From Macrostomum hystrix (Eukaryota; Animalia; Platyhelminthes), in the NCBI GenBank assembly GCA_950097015.1, contig CATNEN010000001.1, forward strand, positions 7,254,001-7,318,000: a stretch of 64,000 nt of DNA. Reading direction: 5' to 3'. The first letter of the stretch is position 1, and every line of letters begins with the position of its first letter. The notes beneath the pieces were generated by a model. That model was not told where the DNA came from and did no database searches. It worked only from the letters and a program-made list of their open reading frames with translations. A program made the translations under genes and the position numbers. Positions 12,088-23,640 of the stretch are shown here, piece by piece.

Positions 12088-12400
12088 GAGTGTACATATC
12101 GGGTCGCGGGTGAGGCTTGGCTGGGAGAGAATGTACATTTAGGGGGTGGCAGGTGAGGCTTGGCTGGGAGAGAATGTACATTTAGGGGGTCGCGGGTGAG
12201 GCTTGGCTGGGAGAGAATGTACATTTAGGGGGTGGAAGGTGAGGCTTGGCTGGGAGAGAATGTACATTTAGGGGGTGGTAGGTGAGGCTTGGCTGGGAGA
12301 GAATGTACATTTAGGGGGTGGCGGGTGAGGCTTGGTCGAGAAAGAATGTACATTTTGGGTGTAGAGAGTGAGGCTTAGCATTGAAGAGGTGTACATTGAT
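12088..12400. repeat. 43-bp minisatellite, inverted relative of the 7092-8196 array
   Basis: GTGAGGCTTGGCTGGGAGAGAATGTACATTTAGGGGGTGGCAG is the reverse complement of the last unit near 8150-8195. Confidence 0.9.
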
Positions 12401-13017
12401 GAGACTAGAAGGTAGACCAAGTGTATAATTTCTCAACTCGATCAGAACTACTTTTTTATAAGAAACACAGATGATAGGATAAATAATCGAATGCCGTCGC
12501 TTCGCAGCAGAAATTATAAAGGATTCGCTCTAAACTTTTCAAGAAATGAAACAAACATTTAAATAGTAAAATGTAATAACAGTGAGCTATAAAATAAGAT
12601 TCATAAGCATGGAACGTCTGTTTTTAACAACAATCAATAGCAACAAAAACAGTGGACATGTGTGCTTTTAGTCCACCTCAAGAAGAATGCAAAAAGTGAC
12701 AGGAAAGTAAAAAAAATAAAAACAGCAAAAACAGGCAGTTTTATTTTCCTATGGTTCCTAATAAAGGTCTGCAGAATGCCTTTATAAAACTAGAAACAAA
12801 ACTTAACTGAAACAACGAAGCTGTTGGATAAGCATTCTAAAAGCTGTTTTAGTTTGTTTGCAAACTACTAAAAGTAAGAATAACCAATGAACTAAATTAT
12901 AATTCGTTTAATTTTACAACGATTGCTAGAAATACATAAAATACAGATTTGATTTTTATAAACCTGGTAATTCCGTTATCTAGCACAACCAGTTTTAATT
13001 TTGCGGTTTAGTAAGCC

Positions 13018-13450
13018 TGACCTTCTATGACTCATCTAGATGACTTACTATGACCCATCTAGATGATCTACTATTACCTATCTAGATAATCTACTATGAC
13101 CCATCTAGATGACCTACTATGACCCATCTAGATGACCTACTATGACCCATCTAAATGACCTACTATGACCCATCTAGATGACCTACTATGACCCATCTAG
13201 ATGATCTATTATTACCTAACCAGATGACCTTCTATGACCACATTGTATGACCTATATGACCCATCTAGATGACCTACTTCGATCCATCTATATGACCTAC
13301 TACGATCCATCTAGATGACCTATTACGATCCATCTAGATGACCTATTACGATCCATCTAAATAATCTACTATGAACCATCGACATGACCTACAATGACCA
13401 TCCTAGATGACCTAAAAATTCCCAACAAGATGACCTACTATGACCCAGAC
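13018..13450. repeat. 23-bp minisatellite (GACCTACTATGACCCATCTAGAT)
   Basis: Tandem units just downstream of the CRAL-TRIO gene 1 stop. Confidence 0.9.
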
Positions 13451-13491
13451 AGGTCAACCAGACCCAAGACCTAACGATTCAAGCTGGACAT

Positions 13492-15095
13492 CTACTTAGC
13501 AGCACTGGAAGGTCCAGCAGATGCTGGTCTAGCTGGCACAGGCGGCGGAGGTCGCCTAGGCGCCGAACTAAGCCTGGGCGTACCGGCAGTAGCGCCAGCG
13601 CCAAGACCGCCGCCTCCAGAGCCGATGGCGGCTGCAGCGGCGGCCGTGTCGGCGGCATTAGTCATTAGGCGCTGGCAGTTATTCCACCGGAACCAGGCCT
13701 CCAGTTCCGGCTGGCGCATGTGCTCCAAGAATGGCTCGTAGGGCAGGCGAAAATTCGCTTGTCCGTTGAACGGCGCCTCCCTAGGCAGGAGATTTGCGTC
13801 AACTCGACTGTGCAAAGCGCTGACGCTGTCGCCGTGATTCTGAACCCGATCGACTAGCTTCTTGGACATCAGAGCCGAAGCCAGCTTGAATGAGGCATTG
13901 AAAAACTTTCCACCCTTGATGATGTTCAAAGCTTTGACGCGTACAGGCAGAGCTTTGTTAACAACAGCTCGGAATCGTTTCAGATAGTCGATGTCCAGCT
14001 TGCGCAGTTGTCTCAGACTCAAATCGGACAGGTCCAGCAGAACAGCAATGCCGTTAACCTGAGTGTCCTCTTCGTGTAGAGCGGCTTCTATCACAACGCC
14101 ATTGGCGCGGACTAGTTCCGTGCTGGAGAATCTCGAACAGTCCCAACGGCCCACTCTGTACAGTACCAGACGACGACCTTCAATGTCTCGCTCGGGTAGC
14201 AGAGTCACAATTCCGCTCTCTAGCAGAGGTTGGACGCCAGATGGAGTGAAATTAGCGAATACATCCGGGAATAGATTGCGCACCTGAAGGATGAGAAAAA
14301 AAAGTTAACGACTGTTGAATGACAATTTATTCGACGGTTGAGTGCGTGTATCATAAATACATTCAACTATCCTATATTTAGAGTACAGATTACTCAAAAG
14401 ATCCCAATTGAGTCCAGATCAAACCAGAAGTCCCAATTTGAGTCCAGATCACACCAGAAATCCCAATTTGAGTCCAGATCACACCAGAAATCCCAATTTG
14501 AGTCCAGATCATACCAGAAATCCTAGTTTGAGTCTACATTACACCAGAAATCTCAATTTGAGTTCAGATCACACCAGAAATCCTAGTTTGAGTCTACATT
14601 ACACCAGAAATCCCAATTTGAGTCCAGATCACACCAGAAATCCCAATTTGAGTCCAGAAATCTCAATTTGAGTCCAGAAATTTCAATTTGAGTCCAGAAA
14701 TCCCAATTTGAGTCCATAAATCCCAATTTAACTCCATAAATCCCTATTTAAGTCCAGAAATCCCTATTTGAGTCCATAAATCCCAATTTAAGTCTATAAA
14801 TCCCAATTCTTACCTGCAGATAAGCCCTAATCCTCTGATGCGCGCTCTCCACGTTGAACTTGCGATGGCGCAAGAACTTGATTAGAAAAGCGTCGTCCGT
14901 GCGACAAAATCCGTGCAGCTGAGCGTCCTTAGCAACCAGATCGCGCAGAGCAACCAGAGCCGGGCCTCTAGTAGCGTCGGTTTCGCCGAGTTCTTGCGCG
15001 GCTCTCTGACGAGCCAGCGGCGACAGATTTGACCCGACCGGAGCCGAAGTAGACGCGCCGCTACCGCCGTAATGAATAGACTCAACGCAAAGCAT
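13492..15095 (-). CDS. CRAL-TRIO/Sec14 protein (alpha-tocopherol transfer protein/clavesin-like), paralogue 1; exons 15095-14814, 14283-13492
   Basis: RTDDAFLIKFLRHRKFNV, LPERDIEGRRL, EEDTQVNGIAVLLDL, LPVRVKALNII, LLPRE; donor CAG|GTAAG at 14814 and acceptor CAG|GTG at 14283 in phase 0. Confidence 0.92.
14400..14810. repeat. 30/20-bp minisatellite (GAGTCCAGATCACACCAGAAATCCCAATTT) in paralogue 1 intron
   Basis: Tandem units abutting the donor site. Confidence 0.9.
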
Positions 15096-15704
15096 GATTT
15101 GATTTCAATAGAATAATAGTACACCGAATTGTTAACGATGGCAAAGAGTCCAACTGGAATATAGTGCACAGCTTTATAATCTCGTATTTTTTTATCTCAT
15201 ATCTAGACTTGTCAAAATAAGTAAAAATAATTAATAATAAAATACTCATTTAATGTAAATAACGAGCTGTGTTTAGTAATACATGTATTTACTACAAGTA
15301 ATCATATCGAACAGTTCATTCAGATTTTCTAAATCAAAATTGAGTAGGCGGAAAAATTAAATGTATAAATACTACTTACTGTAAAAACATAAATAGTATA
15401 CTGAGAACATGTGTTTGAGTGTGACACTGGGTATTGCAGAAAGCAATGTTTGCTGTTTAAACGATAAGTTGAAACATTTATTGGAAATAAATATCTTGGC
15501 AGAAGAAAAATGAGCATTAATTCAATAAATAATTAGGAAAACAGGAAATAAAATAATTTTTTAAAAGAGCTCTGAAGACAATTGGCAGATTCTAAAGCAC
15601 CAATTATTAATAGAGAAAGTTTCAATAAAAAAGCGTTAAAAAAACAAAAAATTACGGCTAAAAAAGAAAAAAAGACAAATGAAAAGAACAATACTTGTGT
15701 TTTG

Positions 15705-16605
15705 TACGCACATTGGGGCAGCTAAGGTTTGGTTGGGAGGGTGTTGTGTACATTGGGGCAGCTGTGGATTGGTTGGGAGGGTGTTGTGTACATTGGGGCA
15801 GCTGTGGATTGGTTGGGAGGGTGTTGTGTACATTGGGGCAGCTGTGGATTGGTTGGGAGGGTGTTGTGTACATTGGGGCAGCTGTGGATTGGTTGGGAGG
15901 GTGTTGTGTACATTGGGGCAGCTGTGGATTGGTTGGGAGGGTGTTGTGTACATTGGGGCAGCTGTGGATTCGTTGGGAGGGTGTTGTGTACATTTCCTGT
16001 AAACAATTCGGCTGCTTCTTCGGCGGGTTTTTTGTTCAAAATAGGAGTAGAATCTACCAAAATCGTCCCTATCTCACAAGAGTTAAAGAAACCACCCAGG
16101 AAGAAGCCGATATAACCGTAAATTTTGCGGAAACCGCCGAAGAATCACCCGAACCAGTGGCCCATGGGACAACCAGATAATTATTTACGGGCGATTCCTC
16201 GGCGGTTTCTGAGCATGGAATCTTCCGAACTGGAGGATTCTTTGGGTGATTCCATTTCGCCACCAAGAAGCACCGAGAAAACGCCCAGTTGGGTAGATTC
16301 TAAGCATGGAATCATCAGATTGGTATGGTTGGTTGGTCAGGTCAGATTGGTTCCAACTGGAATCACCCAAAGAAACATCCCTATTTTTTAGCGGGTTGGG
16401 GCAGCTGTGGATTGGTTGGGAGGGTGTTGTGTACATTGCGGCAACTGTGGATTGGTTGGGAGGGTGTTGTGTACATTGAAGAGGCTGCCTATTGGTTGGG
16501 AGGGTGTTGTGTACATTGGGGAGGCTGCCTATTGGTTGGGAGGGTGTTGTGTACATTGGGGCAGCTGTGGATTGGTATTGGTTGGGAGGGTGTTGTGTAC
16601 CTTGG
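15705..16605. repeat. 40-bp minisatellite (GTACATTGGGGCAGCTGTGGATTGGTTGGGAGGGTGTTGT) interrupted by an insertion
   Basis: Units on both sides of 15995-16395. Confidence 0.95.
15995..16395. mobile_element. Non-autonomous DNA element (CACTA/EnSpm-like MITE)
   Basis: Splits a repeat unit at GTACATT|...|TTGGGGCAG (2-bp TT TSD); imperfect TIRs TCCTGTAAACAAT vs CCCGCTAAAAAAT; internal inverted repeats AACCGCCGAAGAATCACCCG / CGGGCGATTCCTCGGCGGTT. Confidence 0.6.
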
Positions 16606-16881
16606 ACTATTACTCAGACATTAAATTTTTTTAAAGTACAGACGTAAAAAGGCACAAAAGTACTTGGAAAGTTTAGTGACGCATGCGTTCACAAATTATC
16701 GCAGTTCAAAATCGGAAGACGCTTAAAAATGGCCATTAGCAATAGATAATACTGTTTAAATAAAAATTTTTAAATAAATTTAATGTAGCGAAAAAAATTA
16801 CATAAAAATATATTTTGTTATAATTAATTGGGCAATAAATTTAATTCGTATAGTATTTTCCTTTTTTAATTGATTAGCGGA

Positions 16882-19800
16882 TCACCTTTTGGCATCAGCA
16901 GCAGCAGCAGCAGCTGCAGCAGCCGGGTTCTCAATAAATTTCTGCTTATTATTCTCTTCAAACCAGGCATTCCATCGGCCAGTGAGTAGGTCGAATTTTC
17001 TACCCTGACCAAATGGTTGAGTTCTCAGAGCCTGGTCTAGACTAGGGTCCATTGTGCCGCCAAGACAGGGATCTCGCGGCAATAGCCTAGGCTCGATAGC
17101 TTTGTGCAGACTATTCAAACTGGTGCCATGATTCTGCAGCCGCTGACGCATCTTAGATGATAATAGGAAGCTCAATAAGCGAAATGCCACATCAAATATT
17201 CGGCCAGCTCTCACTATGTGAATCTGTTTAACTCGCACTGGCAACGCCTTCGAGATCACTTCGTGTATGCGGTTAAGGTAGGAGTCGCGTTGCAGATTGC
17301 GAATCTGATGCCACTTTAGGCCGTGCAGGTCTAGGATTATCGACACGCCATTCACCTGAGCAAGCGTTTCACGGTTAGGGGATTACATATAATACAAGCT
17401 GATGGAATGAATCTAGGATCATAGAATTCTTACAGATATTTCTAATACTAAAAGGAACATGTTTAGAATACTCGTGACGTGAAGATAAGAAGTCTCCTAC
17501 TAACTCATGACCAGTTCCAGCCATGACGCTCACTGACTCATGACCAGTTCCAGCCATGACCCTCACTGACTCATGACCAGTTCCAGCCATGACCCTCACT
17601 GACCCATGACCAGTTCCAGCCATGACCCTCACTGACTCATGACCGGTTCCTGCCATGACCCTCACTGACTCATGACCGGTTCCTGCCATGACCCTCACTG
17701 ACTCATGACCAGTTCCAGCCATGACTCTCACTGACCCATGACCAGTTCCAGCCATGACCCTCACTGACTCATGACCAGTTCCAGCCATGACCCTCACTGA
17801 CTAATGACCGGTTCCAGCCATGACACTCACTGACTCATGACCAGTTCCAGCCATGACCCTCACTGACTCATGACCAGTTCCAGCCATGACCCTCACTGAC
17901 TCATGACCAGTTCCAGCCATGACCCTCACTGACTCATGACCAGTTCCAGCCATGACCCTCACTGACCCATGACCAGTTCCAGCCATGACCCTCACTGACT
18001 CATGACCGGTTCCTGCCATGACCCTCACTGACTCATGACCAGTTCCAGCCATGACTCTCACTGACCCATGACCAGTTCCAGCCATGACCCTCACTGACTC
18101 ATGACCAGTTCCAGCCATGACCCTCACTGACTAATGACCGGTTCCAGCCATGACCCTCACTGACTCATGACCAGTTCCAGCCATGACTCTCACTGACCCA
18201 TGACCAGTTCCAGCCATGACCCTCACTGACTCATGACCAGTTCCAGCCATGACCCTCACTGACTAATGACCAGTTCCAGCAATGACCCTCACTGACTCAT
18301 GACCAGTTCCAGCCATGACCCTCACTGACTCATGACCAGTTCCAGCCATGACCCTCACTGACTCATGACTAGTTCCAGCCATGACCCTCACTGACTCAAG
18401 ACCAGTTCCAGCCATGACCCTGACTCATGACCATTTCCAGCCATGACCCTGACTCATGACCAGTTACAGCCATGACCCTGACTCATGACCAGTTGGATAG
18501 GCCTTATCCCACCGAGCTCAACGTGACTCACCTGAGTCTCCTCTTCCTGCAGTGCCGCCTCCATGAGTACGCCGACAGTTCTGAGCAGTTCAGTACGCGA
18601 CACCCTGTCGCAGTCCCATTCGCCAACGCGGCACAGAACTAGAAGCCGGCCTTCGGCGTCGCGTTCAGGCAGCAGGCAGAATAGGCTGGGATGACTCTCT
18701 AAGACTGGTCGAATTCCCTCCGGATTGAAGTTGGTAAACACATCGGCCAAGTGATTGCGAACCTGTTAGAGTTTAACGAACTGTTAATTACAGTTTTAGC
18801 AAATCTTAAATGCCAATTACGACTAGAAAAGTATGCAGGCTTCAGAAATTCTAAATTTCTATTTCACTTGTTTTAAATAACTAAACTATTAACTTAACAA
18901 GCTATTATTGATTTAACACAATTTTCACATTAGGAGATATTTTACTCCCTCAGATTTAACTTCCCTAGAATTATTTTCGAAGGTTCAACTTGCTATACAT
19001 AATTTCTTAGAAAAAAATATTTTGTTGACGATAGGCTTTTTAAAAGCCTTACTTCCTGTAGTTAATTAGATAATTACGCATATAGACGTTTCAATTGCAG
19101 TCTCTCACAATCCAACAGTTTCTCTAAAGTCTAAGAATTAATATGTGCATATGTGCAATACAAATTTATATATAAACATCTAATACACTTTAATATAGTC
19201 TTCTAAAAGCAGCAGAGACTAAAAAACACACTTTTCATTTGATAATTTAGCATAAAATTTATTAAATAAACAATCACGAATAAAACACGAGATATTGGGC
19301 TCTTAATATTCAACGCCCAGATACGAAACACTCAATGATTAGATAACTCAAGTAAATAAATGTCAACACATTCCAAATAGAGAGAGAGTTTGAAACTAGA
19401 TAAATGACTGGCTTTATAGTATGATGAAGCTTTATATTATTATGGTCCAAAAATAACATTGCGAAAATACAAATGTCATTAAAAAATAGTCACGAAAGAA
19501 ATTTGAGACCGCGAAAGATGTGCTTTGGTGAAGAGTGTGAAAATTAGTCAGATAGTGAGAGATAGAAAATGGTAGTCAGGAAGTGAGAGCCAAGAAACAA
19601 GTGTCAGGAAGTGAGAGTCAGGAAGTGAGAGTCAGGAAGTGAGAGTCAAGAAACAAGTGTCAGGAAGTGAGAGTCAAGAAACAAGTGTCAGGAAGTGAGA
19701 GTCAAGAAACAAGTGTCAGGAAGTGAGAGCCAAGAAACAAGTGTCAGGAAGAGAGTGTCAAGAAACAAGTGTCAGGAAGTGAGAGTCAAGAAACAAGAGT

Positions 19801-20539
19801 CAGGTAGTGAGAGTCAGGAAGTGAGAGACGGGAGGTGAGAGTCAGGAAGTGAGAGTCAGGAAGTGAGAGCCAAGAAACAAGTGTCAGGAAGTGAGAGTCA
19901 CGAAGTGAGAGTCAAGAAACAAGTGTCAGGAATTGAGAGTCAAGAAACAAGTGTCAGGAAGTGAGAGTCAAGAAACACGTGTCAGGAAGTGAGAGTCAAG
20001 AAACAAGTGTCAGGAAGTGAGAGTCAAGAAACAAGTGTCAGGAAGTTAGAGTCAAGAAACAAGTGTCAGGAAGTGAGAGTCAAGAAACAAGTGTCAGGAA
20101 GTGAGAGTCAAGAAGTGAGAGACGGAAGGTGGGAGTCAGGAAGTGAGTCAGTAGCTTCGAAGTTTATCAGGAAGTGGCGGTATAGAATAATTCAAACACT
20201 GATAGCCATAAACGCACGGATCCTCACCTGGAGATAAGCTCTAATTCGCTGATGGGCACTCTCTACATTTAACTTTCTATGCCGCAGGAATTTAATTAGG
20301 AAAGCATAATCAGTGCGACAATCCAGTTGCGGGTCGTAGAGAATTAAATCTCGCAAAGTAGCTAGCGATTGGCTCCGAGTAGAATCTGTCTCGCCTAGCT
20401 CAACAGCTGCTCGTTGGAGGGTGAACTCCGACAGATTCGAACCTACAACCTCCGCAGCTGGCGTGTTAGCATACACTAGATTTATTGCCTCATCAGTTGC
20501 TGGATGTTCTGGTGAGAATGAGTCGCCTTCACTAGACAT
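16882..20539 (-). CDS. CRAL-TRIO/Sec14 protein (TTPA/clavesin-like), paralogue 2; exons 20539-20228, 18762-18532, 17355-16882
   Basis: Shares FLIKFLRHRK..VESAHQRIRAYLQ, LPERD.EGR, EETQ|VNG, KALPVRVK with paralogue 1; canonical phase-0 junctions. Confidence 0.92.
17503..18495. repeat. 33-bp minisatellite (CTCACTGACTCATGACCAGTTCCAGCCATGACC) in paralogue 2 intron 2
   Basis: About 30 tandem units. Confidence 0.95.
19575..20150. repeat. 28/14-bp minisatellite (GTCAGGAAGTGAGAGTCAAGAAACAAGT) in paralogue 2 intron 1
   Basis: Tandem units. Confidence 0.9.
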
Positions 20540-20682
20540 TGTAATTTAATATTTTAGGTCTTCTATTTTAGATTTCTAAAGGAATAGACGAGAATAGCAT
20601 AAAATTGCTGCAAAATATTCAGTTGGTTAGTAAAAATATTGTCTGGAATAAGTTTAAGTTCTTACCGTCTTACTATGTAATT

Positions 20683-20835
20683 AGGGGGCTCTTGCGTAGT
20701 AATTTGAGCATTGGATTCACGACTTAAAGGTCAGGGGTTCGATTCCCGCCTTCACTGGAACAATTTTTCCCCTTTTACAAAGACACTAAACTCTAGATTG
20801 CTACAGTTCAGCCCGCTGTTAAATGGGCACCAGGA
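20683..20835 (+). mobile_element. tRNA-derived SINE (family A) with CORE-like body
   Basis: Degenerate tRNA head with B box GGTTCGATTCC, then AAAGACACTAAACTC...CTGTTAAATGGGCACC; related copies at 826-900 and 47910-47995. Confidence 0.7.
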
Positions 20836-23159
20836 TTAGGTCTGTGAAAATTCAGGGTTGAGAGTGGCTTCCCCCAGTCCATGGACTGAAAAGCCATGTG
20901 AAGGTTTTATAATGAAAATTATTAGCAGCTGACAGCTTAGGTGGCTGTTGGCTGCACATCTGAGACAATAAGGGGCAGTTTGAATAAGTAATTTATGACT
21001 TATTATGTACATATAAAAATCCAAGAGACTTTAGAAATACACTTTTAGAAGCATCCACTCCTGAATGGATACCTAGCTAATGCTGGTACAAATTCAACTT
21101 AACATGGATGTAACTAGGTTACTAATGTACTACCCAGTCTAAGTAGTCCTATATGTATTGGAGCACACAAGACCATATATTGAATTATAACTGACTATCA
21201 CACTGACAAAACCCAAATTTAAATGTAAACCTAAAAATGTTAAAAAATTTTACTTGCTAAAAACTTCAACTAACTTCATCAAACATTGTTTAAATTTGAT
21301 AAAATGTTAGGTAAAGAGAATAATAATTAAAGAGCAAAATAGCCCAAATACTATAAGGGCCAGTTCTCTTAAAGGTCTTAGGTCACTGTGTGCTTGGCCT
21401 GTTTCAGAGAGACATGCAACATTGTTGGCTGTCATAACTGACATATTTGTAGCAAGTCAAGGATCCTTCTTATCATCAACCAAATGGTGCTCTTAGGAAC
21501 ATACATCATCACTGACCAATGGGCTACATACAACACATTAGCTAGTCATCTAAAGTTCTTACCATTTATTGCACTTCTAGGACCCCAACCAAGAGGCCTA
21601 CTCTATCAGTATTGAAGGCATGTGGACTAGGCCGCCCATGTCCTATAGCAGGCATTTGAGCCATGGCATAATCAATAGGGTAATGTATCATCAACCAAAC
21701 AAGAATGTGTATTTTTTTTACTTCAAACTTAAGCTACAGATTTTCTATTTAAGATATGATGATAAATCAAAAGCCAAGTTATAGAAAACAGTTACATCTT
21801 TCTAAAAAGTATCTACTTTTGCTATTTTGTCAAATAGAATAAAAGTTATTCCTGCTTTTTATCTAAAACCGAACAATGATTTTCATGTATCTTCAAATCA
21901 AACAGAGAATTTGATGTTTGGTTTTATAATTTGAGTGAGTGGTTTATTCTTATTTTAAGGAGTAAACTATCATGAATTATGTCATTTGAAAGCATTTTTC
22001 ATGTTCTATAAATAACTACATTTATGGTCATTTAATTGGCAAGCAACCACATACAATCTTCGTCTAAAGTACATACTGAAAAAATGTTGGTAAAAAGTAT
22101 GCTTTTGCAATAAAAATTTCTACTGAAACATCTATATCTTTCTTTCCTCTTATTGCTTCATTGCACATCATGCCTCAGCTTGTAGATAATTTCTTCAACT
22201 TTCAAATTAGTTGTTCTGTGAAACACAATAGCTTGTTTCTGTCTTGCATGAGACCAAGGAAGGAGTCAAAATTCTTGTTCGGTTTTGAAGATACACTGTT
22301 CGGTTGATGATACATTACCCTAGCCTATTTGAAATGTACCACTTGTACCAAATGTTCATGTGGCACAATGCTTTACTAGACCATCAATTCAGCATCACAC
22401 TTTAATGGATTATTAATTATTATCTAGTCTGATCTGACTAAAATGTCCTTACTTTCCTGGCTTATTATTTTTTAGAAAGTAAAAAATGAGTTAAAATAAT
22501 TTAGAGCTGTAAAAAAGATTGCCATGTAATGTAAATCATGATAATGTAATATACACTTTGTACTAGAATGTAATGTGAATGTCTTAGAATTTATAACTTT
22601 TTATAATGCTAGGATTTTTCTGAAAGTTTTGGAGCTAATAAGTAGCCTTTAAATATGCATAGCCAACCAAACATTTTCATTTCCAAACATTGCTAATAGT
22701 TGCATCTGTCACACTGAAGGGCATACTGCGTAGCAACAACCAACTACATGGCAAACATGTAGGTACCAATAACAAGGCTAGTTAGACAAGTCTTAGGCCT
22801 AGTGCCCTCAACTCTGATAAGTGATAAAATAGAAAAAAAATTTATTGTCACAATGAGACCTTGCAGCCATCAGCCACACAGTGGCTCATAAGAGGGGGAA
22901 GTGTCAAAAATGTCAAATGTAAATGTAGCTGCATTATCCTTAGGCTAACTGAAACTGATTAGCACTTTCAAATTAAAAACTGAAATAGCAAATAAAATTT
23001 GGCCTGGTGCTCTTTTGTTGTAAAGGAACAGATAGGCCTAGTGTTAGCAGAGAGGATAGCTTTCCTTATATCATGGAAGTTAGATAATTAGTAAATACAA
23101 TTATTAAAAAAGTATATATTTTTAGCGACATGGAAAAAGTTTACAACATATCCTTGAAA

Positions 23160-23640
23160 AGTCACTCGTCAGTCGTCTATACAGCGAACAGCGAAGCCAA
23201 ATTTTTTAGACAAACCAAGTTCAAATTATATTAGACAAACTATAGACGATACATAACAAAAGTAACTAATTTGCAACAAAAATACTTTTTGCTATGACTA
23301 TTGTCATTACTGCTGCTGTGTAAATTTTATGTTAATCTGATAAGCGTGCTTAAAAACAGGTAAGTCCTAGATTTATTAACTCATCGCGCGCTGCGCTACA
23401 CGCGCGAATGGCTGGCTCCATTTTGTTGCACAACAAACTAATTAGTGCTGTACGACGTATGTGTTTCTGCAAACCCGTTTTTTGCTGTTTCACCACGCTC
23501 TCGAAGCTCTTTTTATGCGTGATGCACAGAATGCATGTTATATATATCTCTATTATTACTATTATAATCTATCTATAGTACTCGTGATTTCGATATTTGC
23601 GAATAGACTAACCCAGTAAATACTTAAGTGACGTTAAGTC
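23160..23640. promoter_or_regulatory. CpG-rich putative promoter/5-prime region upstream of ECT2
   Basis: CpG cluster between CpG-poor flanks, CGCGCG hairpin at about 23385-23408, YY1-like CCATTTTG, strong donor CAG|GTAAGT at 23359/60, acceptor TTGCAG at 25678. Confidence 0.45.

Noticed and set aside
20683-20760. Possible tRNA genes (also 47930-47995, 30061-30135, about 48350)
   Set aside because: Stems do not pair properly and they continue into shared non-tRNA bodies, consistent with SINE heads
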